From assembly GCA_050230475.1 (NCBI GenBank), contig JBFLGF010000019.1:62001-126000 (forward strand): a stretch of DNA of 64,000 nt, written 5' to 3'. The stretch's first letter is position 1. The number at the start of each line of letters is the position of its first letter. The notes beneath the pieces are model-generated. The model did not search any database. It worked only from the letters and a program-made list of their open reading frames with translations, and had not been told where the DNA came from. The position numbers were made by a program, and so were the translations under genes. Shown one piece after another: positions 41,163 to 55,372 of the stretch. The stretch is from Ancylonema sp. (lineage: Eukaryota).

Positions 41163-42513
41163 ATGACGGTAGCTTCTGGAGAACATGCGGTCGATGAGAA
41201 TGCTGAATTGCGAAGTAAAGTGCGTTCGCTTGAGGCGCGCTTGGCGATGATGATTAGTCCTCCGGGCCCTGAAAGCACCAAGGAAGTTCTGTCCTCGGAG
41301 ACGAGTGCAAGCGGAAGGGGGGTAAGCATCCACTTCATCTTGTCAGGTCTTCCATTTTTGGTCAACACATTTGGCTTCGGATTGTGGGCGAACCATTGAC
41401 CCTGTATGCAATTTACTTGCGGCTGCTTATCGTTGCAGAAGGACGCCAAACTATGGCGTCGGAGGCTGGAGTCTCGCCAGGCCACAAATGCGGTCAGTCA
41501 GAACATCGGCCCCCCTCCTTTAAAGTTCCGACCCTCCAGCAGCGCTCCCACGGAAAAATTGATCGGCGTGTCAGGGCGTCCTGCGGAAAGCCCCGTTGAA
41601 GAGCAGCAGAAGCCAGAATTCGCGTCCGAGTCTGGCGCGGGCCTAGGAAGTGGCGATCTTTTGATGGAGGTAGCCATTCCACGGCGGCGTGGGGTGTTGG
41701 ACGGGAACGACGAGGAGGAGGAAGACGTGGAGCATGCGGCCAATTGGGATGGTCCGGAATCGGAGATCATTTCGCAGCTCGTGCGGGCGGAGAACGCGGA
41801 GCTGGTGGAGATCGTGGAGACGCAGCATGCGTGTCGTGCAGACCAGCAGGCGAGGACCAGCCAGGCAGAGCGGGAGGTGCAGAGGCTTAGCGACGAGGTA
41901 AATTCACCACTATTGGGTCTCAGGCGGCAGAAAGGATGGAGGTTGACTGCTGCTGCCCCTGGCTTTACCTGAATTGCTGCAGGCAGAACTAATGCGCTCT
42001 GCCCTCTCCGCCGCCGACGAGTTCTCTGACTCCCTCCGACTACGTGCTGACACAGCAGAGAGGGAGATGCTCACCCTCCTGACCAACCAGGAGGTTCTAG
42101 AAGCCCACGTGGCACAGCTGGCCTCCATGCGAAGTTCTGACGATTTCGAGTACGGGAGCAGCGCCGACACCTTTTCAGAATTCGGCGGAGGACCCGGAAG
42201 TGACGTGGGTGCCTTGAAAGCGGGTACCCGCCTTTCCCTGGAGAGAAGTGTGTCCTGGTCGCAGGGGCAACAACTCCAGGAACAGCAGGAGCTCCTGCTA
42301 ACGATGCTGAAGAAGCAAGAGGAAGAAAGGGAGAGGAGGGGTAGGCAGCTGCGACCATTTCATTGGTTCTCCATTGGGGTGGCAGCAGGAGTGGCGGCAA
42401 CCGTCGCTGTGGTTATGACGTTGAGACGGGCGCATAGGGAAGCGGACACCCCACCGCCGTTCCCATCACGACTCTACTCCCTGGATATGGGGAGGGAGCG
42501 GTACGGGAGGTGA
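41163..42513 (+). CDS. Unknown coiled-coil protein with a C-terminal transmembrane helix, 3 exons (41163-41321, 41439-41897, 41983-42513)
   Basis: In-phase GT-AG introns, heptad-like segments (ENAELRSKVRSLEARL, AEREVQRLSDE), hydrophobic WFSIGVAAGVAATVAVVMTL followed by RR. Ends in TGA. Confidence 0.75.
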
Positions 42514-43887
42514 CCCGAACGGCTTTAGGATTGCACCTATAATAAGGGACGGGTGTGCCCCCCTCTTATCAAAGCCAGGTGTGTATATTAGGGTGGATGG
42601 CGCTCATGAGAAAAGGTTTCAAGGACGACACTTGCTGCAAATAGAGGTCTAGACGATGTACATTTTAGTGCAAGAGTAGGATCGAACAATGAAGAATGTT
42701 GTTGAACTCAAACAGACTCTTGTTAGATCAATTGCACAACACTGAATGGAGCTACCCATTGACTTGATGTTGTTTACAACCTAGGAATGAAATTCGTGGA
42801 AGCTTGCTTGATATTGCCTTGCGTGCTACTCCATGATTTGGACATTGCGGTACATTCTTTGCTTTGACTTCTCTTTTTTACCTTGCACTTTGAAAGTTGT
42901 GTTTGATGGCATCGTGTAGAAGGGAAGATGCAAACTTAAAGTATTATTTCCAGCATTTCACATACAGTGGGGAGGGGGTTTGGACCCCTCTGAAAAAAGC
43001 CACCTGTGCATCTTAGCCCGAATGGCTTTCACCAAAAAAGGTTGCAAGGAGGATGCTTGCAACGGGTTGCAATCTAGAGGCTCTATTTTTTGTGTGGTTA
43101 TGTTAATGAACAAAGGAGAATGTTCTTGAATTGAACCAACGTCTTGGTAGTTCAATATGGACAGTACATTTGACTAAAGCAATGGTAGCATGTGGTACAC
43201 ATTCGCCTCCCTTTCCTCTGCATCCTTGGAGTGAAATTGGAGAAAGCATGCTAGAGTTCGTCCTGCGTGCTACTCCGTAATTTTGACAGTAAAATACATT
43301 GTTTGTACTAATTTGAAAGTTGTGTTTGGTAGCTTCATCTTGAAGAGAGGATATAAACTTCTAGTAGGGCCATTTGTGATCGGAGGATTTCAAATCATGT
43401 TTGCAAAGGACACTAAACCGAGTTCACAATTGGAATGATAAGGTTTGCCACCCATTGTATGCAAAGAAAGACCTATGACCATTTTGCACCATTTGCACGG
43501 CCTTTGATGAACAATGGTGAAAGTGAGGATGGGGCTACACATGGGTCGAAGACATGACGTTATTCCAATTTCAACCCGATAAATACATCTTAGATTCATA
43601 CTTCACCATGACTTGTAATTGTTAATGTACGTTTACACCCTTATAGTTAAAAATATGACTCAATCCTAATTTCGGGCCTCGTAATAACCACAGTTGCAAA
43701 CAATCGAGCCGTCTGAACTGGGTCTTAGATGGAACCGGTTCCTCTAAGTGGCTTGAGTTCGGACTACAAAGCCTCTTCACTAAATGACCGATTTTAGAGG
43801 TTAGTCAACTTAGAAAAAACTCGACATATATAAGTAACAGAAGTCTTAAGTAGTATCTTAAGTGGTGCAAAATGAGCAGCCCAATAG

Positions 43888-45387
43888 TGTGAGAACTTTC
43901 TTCTGCCATCGATGCAAGAATAAAGTTCACTTCTTCTAAATCTCTTTGAATCAAATAGATCACGTCATTACAAACGTCGACACAACAAAAGTGCAAGTTT
44001 GAAGTAGAAAGTATTGATTAACAAATTTTTATGCAAGCTCAGACCTAGTACAGTCGATTGCTGCCAGGTCAAAGGATCTACTCATATCGAAACTACTTAG
44101 TAAACTGCCAATCATATCTAGGTATTTTGCCACATCAACTTGTTCTTATCGACAATTGTGCCAGATGACCAAGTAATCATTGAAACAAGGACATCGGCTT
44201 GCAGCCGGCCTGCATTTGCTGAATAACGACGAAACCAAAGCTGAATTCTCGGTATTGCTAAAATCGATATAACGACAAAAGTTCACAGCCCCTAAAAACT
44301 AACACCCCCTCCCTGGGTACTTTTGTATTCCCCCTCCAAAAACGATAACGAAAACGATATCGATTTTACAAACAAAACTCAACAAAAACTCACAAAAGTA
44401 AACATAATCAATGAACGAGCTACAATTATTGTTCATACACCAAGCCCACCAGATCACAGTTCTTCTTCAACACCTTTACAGACACCGGTTTGGTCAACAT
44501 ATCAGCAGCCTGGTCTTCACTCTATACAAACTGGAGTTTGATCCTTTTCTTGGAAACCCTTTCTCGAATGGAATGGTACTTGATCTCGATGTGCTTGGAG
44601 CGTTTGTGGAAGACATGATTCTCAGTAAGTTTCAAGGAACTCTCATTGTCCCCCCGCAGCAACACACTCCCCCCACCAATACCCTACTCTTTTTGCATCT
44701 GGCTGAGATAAATTGGCCATTCCCAGCAGCACTCAGGGCTTGATACTCACTCTCACAGCTTGAGTGAGTGACTGTCTCCAGCAGACCACTCTTCCAGCTC
44801 ACAGCAGCTCCTCCACTGAGAAAAACATACCCAGTTCTCCCCTTCCTAGTGTACACATCATCACCATGTCTAGCATTTGAGTAACCCAAAAGAGGCAGAT
44901 CACCCCCTTTCTTATACATCAACCCCAAACGCAAGATAACGCAAAACTCGTTTTACCCCCTCCCAATGCTTGTGTCCTGGCTGCTGACTGTATCGACACA
45001 AGGAGTTAACAACAACTGCCAGATCGGGTCTCGTGCCAGAAGTCAGATATAACAAATTTCCCATGGCAGACTTGTACCCCACACCCTCTATTCCAATAGA
45101 TTCAGAGGCAGATTCACATGTTTGACACCAAGCTCAAGAGGAGTAGCAGCAGAATTGCAGTCTTTCATCCCAAATTTTGTGAGCAGATCCCTGGCATACT
45201 TCTCTTGCACCAAAAATACATTGCCATTAGGCTGCCTTCGAATCTCAAGCCCGAGCACAAACTTTGCCTCTCCCAGATCTTTCATGTTATACCGTTCTCC
45301 CAACCCCCCTTTCACCCCAAAAATAATTGCCAGCCTGATGCAGAAGAAGAAAACATCATCCACATATAGTGCCAAGTACAGCGCCTC
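43888..45387 (-). mobile_element. 3' fragment of a Copia element (RT-RNase H, PPT 44305-44313, 3' LTR 43888-44304), same family as 15031
   Basis: ALYVDD, MKDLGE, VSWKS...SSCESEY motifs. PPT GGGAGGGGG abuts a TG...CA LTR. Confidence 0.92.
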
Positions 45388-45627
45388 AGGTCCTTATCCC
45401 AGAATTTAAAGGCCGGATTTTTTACAAGTTTTTCAGCTTGCCTATCCCAGGTTTTTTAGCTTGCCTTTTCCTAACCAACCGGGACGTGTTTGCACTGCAT
45501 ATTCGAAAACCTATGTCTCGACAGTGAACCACAAGAAACCAGGCATTTCATCCTAACCTTGCTCCACATCATCTGTCCGTGTGTCCTAGCCTCCGACGTA
45601 GAGCTTTCGTAGCTGGGGGGGGGGGAG

Positions 45628-47895
45628 TGAGATCCAGATGATGACCCAAGGCCCAATCCTAATGCCGCTCACCCAGGCAAGCAACCAAGTTATGAACCAT
45701 CATCCGTCATTTTCATCGACGAATAAAAATAAAAAATAAACTGGTTTGTCATTTTTTCCAAAATCTGTCGATTTCTTTGTTTTTATGAGATTTTGTCGAC
45801 AGGCTGTCTGCCGAATCCATCTGGCACGTTAGCTATCATACCGCTAGAGATCGGTAGAAAGTAAAGTCTTTTTAATTGTCGATCCGCTTGAAAACTAACA
45901 ATTTTGGTAAATGTCGATTTTTCTATCGTTATATGAGTTTCGATCAATCAAACGCTTGATTTGATATTTTTTTTGTACTCAAAGAATCTAGAAAAGTCGG
46001 TGTACCACTTTTTAAATTTTTATTCGGAGTATTTTGTCGTATCGACGAGTTAGTAGATTCTTAGTGTGCGCCGAGCTTTAATTCAGTCACCGAGCCTGGC
46101 TAGTGAACTGTTGCACGTGTAAAATCTAGAACTCTAGAATAGACACTCACAATTAGCTGTCTAGTCAATATTTGTTTTCAGCCTTAGATCTATATCAGAT
46201 CTAGATTACCGCGCGTGTGAAACGACGCGTCGATTGTACTAAAGCCTAAGTCGCTTTCTGAACTGCCAGCTTCTGCTGTCAGTTTACGCTATCTGAATTT
46301 CAACACCTCTTTGCAATCGTCATTCTGTTGCAATCTCTGTGAATTCGTGTATTCTGAAATCGTCTACTATCGTTAGCAAGTGTGCCGTTTCGCCTTTGAT
46401 ATTCTCGATGAATTTCTGTAAACTTCGCGTCGCTCCATTTAGTCGTAAGGGCTGCGAAATCGCTCGTTTGCTTGTGCGTGCTGTCGCATCTCAAGTGATT
46501 AAAAATTCGTGTGCCGTTTTGCATACGCATCGTGTGAAATTCTGCCGTAGTCAGAATTATCGTTACCCTTGCAAAATCGTGACCCTTGCAAGTCATTGAT
46601 TGTTAGCCGTGCTGACTTCAAAAATCGTTACAATTCGCTGCACCGTTTTGTGTGAGCTCAGTCAGACTATTCACCCTTTGAATTGCCTGCAGCCGTTCCA
46701 GATCTAGTGAATCGTTTCATTCACGACAACGCTTGATTATCGTAACCAATAGAGAGTGCGCATCCTGACGCAACCAACTATCCATCATTCTGCAACCATT
46801 GTAGAAATTCTATAGATATTTGCCTTGCGTTCTTTTAACCAGTAGCTGTCACCTGTTGTGAAGTGCTGTAATCTGCAACGCGTGACTAACCGTAGTGTTG
46901 GTTCTATACTTCCCACCACTAAGCGTTGAGTGCATCTCAGCTTTCGGCGAGTAGTAGCTACGGCAACCTTCGTTGATAAGTCACATACTGTGCTTGAATT
47001 ACATTCTTGTGTGGTCAGTAGGGACTCAACCTACACCAATCTACTCTAGTGAGATCCAGATGATGACCCAAGGCCCAATCCTGATGCTGCTCACCAAGAC
47101 AACCAGCCAAGTCATCAACCATCATCCGTCATTTTCATCGACGAATAAAAATATAAAAAGTTCAGTTTTGCAGTTTTTTTCAAAATCTGCCGATTTCTTT
47201 GTTTTTATGAGCTTTCGTCGACAGGTTGTCTGCCGACTCCATCTGGCACGTCACATTTATTAGCCATCGATCCGACGTGGCACTTTTGTACTAGTTAACA
47301 ATCAGCTTGTGATGACTTGTCATAATTGTTAGCCGTCGATGAATATCCGGCGATAGATATTGTAGATAAGACATTTGTGCGCGATACATATTTGTGAGAT
47401 TGAATTGTAGATCGACACGCGTCTAGCGTCGTCTGTAGAGTTTGAATAAAACCTTTGAACGTCGTACTCAGAATTCAGCTTTCGCTAAATCTAACGCCGA
47501 AGAGACTTGCATTCAATCTTGCCTCTTGTGTAAATCTGTATCTCTGTCTACTGTGCTTTGCCTTGCAATATGCTTGCTTGCACAGTGTGATTATTTTCAT
47601 TGTTGCTTGCACATCCGAGTTAAAGCTCATCGTGCTTCAGTCAATTTACTTCGCTTTCGCGATTTACTCAGTATGCTCTTTTACACGACGCAAGTCAGAG
47701 CCACGCTCAGTTTGCAGACTCAAAATCCTTTGCTGCAGATTACAAGCAGCTAAGACTTACACATAGATAGCTGATCGCCGACCGATAGCTCTAGTATTCT
47801 TACTTAGTTATTGTATTGCTTCACACTCTTTTAGAATTCTCAGAGTGTCGATAGCTTGCCCGCAGCGAGAGAGTGACGAGTCAAGTTACCGTTCG
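45628..47895 (+). mobile_element. Two nested long-LTR fragments starting TGAGATCCAG (45628 and 47050), the first preceded by a poly-G PPT
   Basis: ~200-bp direct repeat at both starts. Interiors match 30650-31560 and 37422-37625 inverted. Confidence 0.8.
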
Positions 47896-47971
47896 TTTAG
47901 GTGATCGTTTACGATCACTACCGCGATTCAAGCGTGCCAAACTTCTTAGTTAGGGCAGATGCCCATTACAC

Positions 47972-49120
47972 TTACTCTCTTGGCTTTCTTGCATTGTGCG
48001 ACGGTATAGTTAACCCCCCTATAGTGTGAGCAAGGAGCCCCTTGTGTATAGTCAAACTCTCCGTATTGTCGTGTCCGGGGTAACTTCTTTTGATTTTCTG
48101 GTGCCTGTCCCTATTTGCCACCCTTAAATGGTACCATTGCCGTGGTTGACGATGGTGAAGGGTTAGGACGAGTCGACGAAGGTGGTGAATTCGTCGACGA
48201 TTTTTCTTTGCGGGGTAAGGGACATTCTCTGGAGTAGTGCCCCTGTTAGTGACAGTTGTAGCACTCAATCGGCTTGTCAGGTCGAGATCGCGGGAGATCT
48301 GCGGAGAAGCTGGCGTGACGCAGGGAAGTGGATGGAGTCCCCGGGTGAAGCTTGAGCGCTCCAAATGTCGACTGGAGCTAAGGTCTTGCCTCTTCTGATG
48401 CTCGGTACTCAGAGCCAACTTTGGTGAGGGCGAAATCAAACCTATCATCTTTTAACATGAGATCTTCGACGGAGACAGGTGGTGTCGGCGTCGTCTTATT
48501 TAGTTTCTTTTCGGTTTCGTGGATATACCAAATATCAACTAGTTCTCGAACTCCGTCCGTTAAATGTTTCTTTAGTTTGACGACCACTTGTTCCGTTGTC
48601 ATTGCCTTATTCTGTATGCTCACTGATAGACTGTCGGAATCGGTCTCGTAGTTCTTTGCAAAATTGAGTTAGTTCTCTAGTATGTGGTCCGTGTAGAGGT
48701 ATCGGTCGAGCCATAGGTGTGACTAAGAATGTACCCTCTCTTCTCCAGTAGTACATTTCAGAGTTCTTCTCACGATGGGTGTCACGAGTGGCCATCAGGG
48801 TTGCGTCACCAAGATTGTCCTTTCTAAACTTCTTCCAAACATTGTCTAGCTGAGCTCGCACGAAACGGTGCAGCGAATTGTAACAATTTTTGACGTCAAC
48901 AAAACGGTTGGCAATCAACGACTTGCAAGAGTCACAATTTTGCAAGGGTAACGATTATTCTGACTACGGCAGAATTTCACACGATGCGTATGCAAAACGG
49001 CACACAACTTTTTAATCACTTGAGATGCGACAACACACAAGCAAAAGAGAAATTTCGGAGAACTTATGGCTGAATGGAGCGACGCGAAGTTTGCAAAAAG
49101 AGATTATCGAAGGTGAAACG
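47972..49120 (-). mobile_element. gag fragment plus LTR fragment of the same family as the methyltransferase-bearing element
   Basis: 48236-48830 is highly similar to 29240-29930. 48840-49120 is similar to 31020-31320. Confidence 0.85.
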
Positions 49121-52100
49121 TGTTAGGACCCTCGCTACAGTCACTAGGGCTCCCTAGCGAGGTCCCCACACTTAGCGCTAGAGCGCTACTAGAGCATATT
49201 TCCCTATAACGAGTTTTTCCCCTTTATAGTGAGACTTGTGTCCCTAGCGGCCGCCTGGCCCCTAGGGAGTATTCTGTTGTGTCCTTAGTCATGGCAGTTG
49301 TGCCTTTAGCCAGATTTTGTTGTGTACTTAGAGCCGCCCTTGACTAATTTATCCCACATTGTTCCCAGAGTCGGCTAGGGCCGACTTTCCTATATCTCTG
49401 ATAGGAATACCTATGCCTCTAGAGCATTCCTATCAACTCATGTACTTGCACCTTGTTGTGCCTACCATATCAACCAAACCATTTGATCAACGGCTCATTA
49501 GCCTCCATCCTATCGGCTCATTTTTCCATTGCCTTGTGTGTGCATTTGCAACATAGATTGCTAGGAGTTCCATTCTTTTCCACTCCTAACAACTTTGATA
49601 GGAATACAATTGGGGTTTTTCAACTTATTCTTCTTTAAGCAAAAACCTCATTTTGGCCGCCGTTTTTTTTGGGGGTTTCACATTCTTTCCTCATGGAGAT
49701 GCAAGATTATGGAGACTTTGAAAGCCATGAGTTTGCTAATGAGTGAAACTATGGAACGGCACGCCAAAACAAATGAAAAAATCACGACTTTATTTGCTCA
49801 ATCCAGAGTTTAATGAGAAACAAAAGGTGGTGGAGGCGCACCTCAGCACCACATCTCCTTATCTCAGCCCAACCCCCTCCTATCCCACAACGTGTCCCGG
49901 TTTATCAACCAGCCTACCAGCCAGCCCCTTCAGAAATGGTCCTTCCTGATCTACACACGTATTCAGGCGATTCTGCAAGTCTGGCTACCGTCCTACGGCT
50001 AGTGCGCAGCCAGATCCGGGTGGCTCCTATCAGATTCTCCGATCCTGACCATACGGTCCTCTATTTTCCTCCTTCCTAACTGGTGCTGCTAGCGAGTGGT
50101 TCACTTAGCAGCATGTTCTAGAAGGCAACCTTCCCGCTGGCTATGATGTGGACAACCTCCTGGCAGGTCTGAGTGAGGCCTTTGGCGACATCCCCTCCAA
50201 CCTGACCAAGGAAACGCTAGCTGCGTGAACTCAAGCAGACAGTTCAGGACTTTACCGCCAAGTTCAGAACCTTAGTCAGGGGGGTTTCAGGGGTGGGGAG
50301 ATCATCCTATGATCTTCACTTACTTTGAAAGGCTGAAGCCCGAGCTGCGGCAAGAGATCGTGAAGGTTCAGACACCCCCTGAAACCTTTTCGGAGTATGT
50401 TACCTTTGTGAAGAACATAGAGCCTTGGCTGCTGCTCGCCTGGACAAACCCTTCCGCTCAACCTACGTCCCCCCCGAGGCCAGAGCTGCTGATCAGATCC
50501 CCCCTTAGCAGACCCCCCCTCACCTTCAGGTGGTCGCCATGGACATCGATGGGACCCGCAGTCAGGTCCTCAAGTTGCAGCCCACAAAGTCGGCCAGACG
50601 CAAGGAGGGCAATCTGTGCCACTATTGTGGTCTGCCCGGCCACGTGCTTGCAAACTGTCCCAACAAAAGCAAGTCCAAATCCGTGCGCTTCCTGGATCTG
50701 CAACCTGAGGAGCCAAAAAACGACCCCCCCACTCAGTCGTAGGAGAGGTCTGTTTGGGTTCCCTTTCCCCACCCTCCCCCCATTCCACTCCCCGCCAACT
50801 CACCATTTCCATCCAACTCCTCCAATACCCCCTCCCCCTTATTACCGTCGTCGCTCTCGTCGACTGTGGGGCATCGGGAAACTCCTATTACCGTCGTCGC
50901 TCTCGTCGACTGTGGTGCATCGGGAAACTTCGTGGACCCCTCATCCCGGTCGAACTGGTCGCTGGCACTCCACCCGCAGCAGGCCCTATCACCTGCTACT
51001 ACGATGCCAAGGTCAGATGCCCGGGTGAACACACCGAGACCCTGCACCTAGACGTGACCCGTCTGGCCCACTACTCTGTGGTGTTGGGCTTTCCCTGGCT
51101 CCACACCCTACGAGACGGCCTTCTCTACGATGGCAGCCGCCTCGCAATGACCCCTACCGCTCCATACCTTATCCTATCTATCCTGACCCAGTACCACGAC
51201 GCACCTATGGCAGGCCACTTCGGCACTGCCCGCACGCACGCGCTGGTGGCGCAGTACTTCCACGGGCCTAGCCTATCGAAGGCAGTGGAGGAGTACGTGC
51301 GCACGTGCGACATCTGCGCCCGGAACAAGCCGGTGCGCCATGCGCCCTACGGACTGTTGTCCCCTACCTATCCCTACCCAGCCTTGGTCCAGCGTGTCTC
51401 CCTAGATTGGATCACTGACCTTTTGTTAGCGACGTGGCACCGGAGGTGTTAGACCCGGGAGGGGAAAGGATCTAGTTTGATGAACACTCACAAAGGGAAT
51501 CGACACGATGGGAGAAAGTGTATAAAGCATGTGAGTACATGAGATGTTAGGAGTGAGAAATCCTCACTCCTAACTAGAATTATATAATGAAATCTCGGCT
51601 AGGGCGACTTCACTGCTCTAAACAAACAACTAAAGTCGCATACAAGAACTAGTCGCTATAAGCGATCGCGATCAACACTCGATATAACAATAGCGAAACT
51701 CTACAAGGGCTCTAGCTCTCCCTAGAGCGACCCAGTCGCGGTACAAGAACACACACTCGCTACTAGCACACTAGGCTAGTAGCGCTAGGTTAGGGAACTC
51801 GCTAAGGAGCCCTAGGGACTATAGCGAGGGTCCTCACAGTACCCCCCCCCTCTAGGCGCGGAACGCGGGGCGCGGGTAGCAGAACGGGCTAGGAAACGGC
51901 GATGGAAATCCGCGATGACCGCGGTGGCATGTCGGAGATTCTGTGCATGCTCCTAGGAGCGCTCTGATTCGTCGAAGCCCTCCCAGTCCACGAGGTAGTA
52001 CAACTTGCCACGCAAGAATTTAGAATCCAGCACCGAAGCGACTTCCCACTCAGAGGATCGCCGTCCACGATGACCGGCGGAGGCTGGCACCTCACGGCCA

Positions 52101-55100
52101 GGAAAAGGATTTTCCACATATGGCTCCAGAAGCGCCACGTGGAAGACGGGATGAATGCGGATGGACGGCGGGAGCTCCAAGCGGAAAGCACCAACTGGAC
52201 CAATCACAGGAAAAGGCCCGGGGCGACGGACGTCCAATTTCGCAGAGGGTCTTGTGGAAGCGACGTGGCGCCGGAGGAGCCCTTTATCGCCAGGCTGGAG
52301 GGATGGGGCAGCCCGACGCTTCCAATTGGCCGATCGCTCTATAGCAATTTGGGATTTTTTTAGCGACGTCTCGAGGAGAATCTGTACGTCGTGAATCACC
52401 TTCACGTACGCATCTGCCGACGGGGTTGGGGAGTCCGGGGAGGGAGGGAGGAGGGAGAATTGGGGATAGAAACCGTGGTTGGCGAAGAGCGGGGTCAGGG
52501 ATGTGGCATAATGCAGGGAATTGTTGTATGAAAATTCTGCCATGGGCAGCAGACTCGACCAATCCGACTGCTTGTAATCGGTGTAGATGCGTAAATACTG
52601 CTCGAGGACCGAATTGAGGCGCTCCGTCTGGCCATCCGTCTGAGGGTGAAAAGCACTCGAGCGGTTGGCGTGGAAACCGCACAGCTGCAGCAGCCGTCTC
52701 CAAAAATGGCTGGTAAAGACGGGATCGCGGTCGGAAATGATGGTGGAGGGCATGCCATGGAGCCGCACCACTTCCCGCAAGAAAATGGCGGCGACGTCAG
52801 GAGCTGGTATTGCTTTCTTCGTAGGGATGAAGTGAGCAGCCTTAGTCAGACGGTCGACCACTACTAGAATTGCATCGTGGTAGTCAGATGGCGGGAGGTC
52901 TGTGATCCAATCCATGGAGATACAGCTCCACGGCCTGTCAGGGATAGGGTTCGGGGATAGCAGGCCGTAGGGCATGGGTGCGAGCAACACCGTAATGGCC
53001 TGCCAGGGGCGCGTCGTGGATTTGCTTCAGGATTTGGAGTATCAGGGACGTAGCAGCAGGCGGGATGATTAAGCGATTATGGCGATACAACAAATCATTG
53101 CGTAGACAATAGGGAGATGACGTGCCTGAGGGTTCGAGGGGGTTTGATTTCTCCTCAAGTCTTATAGCCAGTGTTTCGCGGATGGCGAGAGTGTCGAGGT
53201 CGAGGAGCTGCGCCTCACGGATAACAGGTAAGATGGGGTCCGTGGGGGAGATGAAAAGCGCAGCAGCTCGGAGGGGGGGGGGAAACAGGAGTGGAAAATC
53301 GCCCTGGGGGGAAATAGGGGAATGGGAATCGGGAAGGATAGGGAGTTCGGGGATCGGGTCTGGCTGGTAGTCGGGACGGCGGGAGAGAGCATCAGGTTTC
53401 CCGTTAGTTTCTCCTTTCTTGTAGACGATAGTGAAATCGTAGGCAGCCAGGGTCTCTGCCCAGCGAGCGTGGCGGCGGGAGGTCGTGCGGGCGCCATGGA
53501 AGTACTCCAGGTTTTTATGATCTGTGTAGACCACAATAGGATGGCCGCGCCCTCCAAGTAGACGCGCCACTAGCGGAACCCGCTGACGATCGCCAGCAGC
53601 TCTCTTTTTCGTAGATGGGGTAGTTGAGCTCGGCCTCCGAGAACTTTCGGGAGTAGAAAGCGATGGGGTGTAGCTCGCCGGCAGCCGCAGCCAAGGCCGA
53701 AGTCGGAGGCGTCGGCTTCGAGGGTTATGGGTTATGGGGAGGGTGGGTTGAAAGTGTTTGAGGATGGGTGCAAAAGTGAAGGCCTGCTTGAGGGAGTCGA
53801 AATCAACTTGGGCGCGACCTGGGCCTCTGGTGTCTAGCAAAACTTCACGCCTTTCCGGGTGAGCGTAGTCAGGGGGCAGGCTACGGTAGAGTAGTGGTTT
53901 ATGACTTCCGGTAGAAGTTTGCGAACCCCAAGAAGCACCTCCTTGACAAACTTGACGTGGGGGTAGGCCATTCCAGCACAGACGCCACCTTGGCCGGGTC
54001 CATCTCCACCCCAGCTGGGGAGACCTGGGCCGAGGAAGGTAATGGTGTCCTGATGGAACGCGCACTTTTCAATCTTAGCGTAGAGCTTATTGTGTCTCAG
54101 GATATCCAGGACCTGGCGAACTTGGGAAACGTGCTCTTCCAGGTCTGCCGAGTAGATCACCATGTCGTCAAGCATGCCCGCCAAGAAGAAGACGTCTAGG
54201 TGTTCTCGAAAGATGTCATTGATGAAGTGTTGGAAGCAGCCGGAGGCGTTGTAGGGCCCGAACGGGCAGACACGGAACTCAATGTGGCCGTAGCGGGTCC
54301 TGAACGCAGTCTTCCACTCGTCCCCCTCCTTCACCCGCACCTGGTGGTAAGCGTTGCGCAGGTCGATCTTTGTGAATACTTTCGCCCGGTGCAAGCGATC
54401 CAGCATCTCAGGTATGAGGGGTAGGGGATAGCGGTTCTTCACCGTAGCCGCATTCAGACCTCTATAGTCCACGCAGAGGAGCTTGCCATCCGGTTTTATG
54501 AACATGACAGGGGCCCCCGCCGGGCTGGTAGAGGGTCTGATGAATCCGTTTGCCAAGTTGTCAGAGATGTATTGCTTCAGAGTAGCCAACTCCGGTTCTG
54601 ACATGGGGTAGATGGGTCCCCAAGGTGGTTCTTTCCCTGGCAGGAGGGGTATTTCCAGATCATAGGGGCGGTGAGGGGGAAGGGTATTGGCCGCTGATTC
54701 CGAGAACACGTCTGCGTAGTCGTGGTACTCGGGGGGGGGTTTGGACAGCACCTCCGGCGGGTCTGGGGGGGCGGGGAGGGGTAGGGAACTGGCTGCGATG
54801 AGCGCAGGGGGGGGGACGATTGGGGTGGCAGGGGTGAGGGGGAAGGGTTTGAGAAGTGGGCAGGGGAGACTCAGCGCGGCTGGCAGGCATTCACTCTGAC
54901 AGTGGGGGGACGTGAACCGCAGAGCGCCTGCCTGCCAGTCGATGGACGGGTTGTGGCGCTGGAGCCAGGGGTAGCCTAGCACCATGGGGATGTGGGCTAA
55001 GCGGGTGACGCCAAATTGGAGGGTATCGGTATGGGAGCCAAGACATCACAACAGGCCCTTGTAGAATATGCGTGATAGGGCCTGCAGACGGGGCGCTGCC

Positions 55101-55372
55101 ATCAATCAGCTCTACCTGGATGGGTGTGGGGTGGGGATGGTGGCCGGGTGGTGCTGAGCGAGCAGCGTGGGGTCTACGAAGTTTCCGGACGCGCCGCAAT
55201 CGATGAGGGCGTTTACGGAACTGGGGGAAAGAGGGTACTGGAGCAGCTGGACCGAGAGGTACAGGTGGCGGGGCTGGGGGGCTAGGTTGGGGATGGGGTG
55301 GGAGGGGGGATGGACCACGCCCCTCCTAGGACTGTCCGGGGGCATCGTTTTTTGGCTGGTCGGGGGAAGTGT

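Noticed and set aside
15031..44304. The two similar LTRs as the ends of one giant element
   Set aside because: They are in opposite orientation, so they are separate truncated copies (or an inversion).
50840..50928. 47-bp duplication of the protease active-site codons
   Set aside because: Frameshifting decay or assembly artefact in an already defective element.
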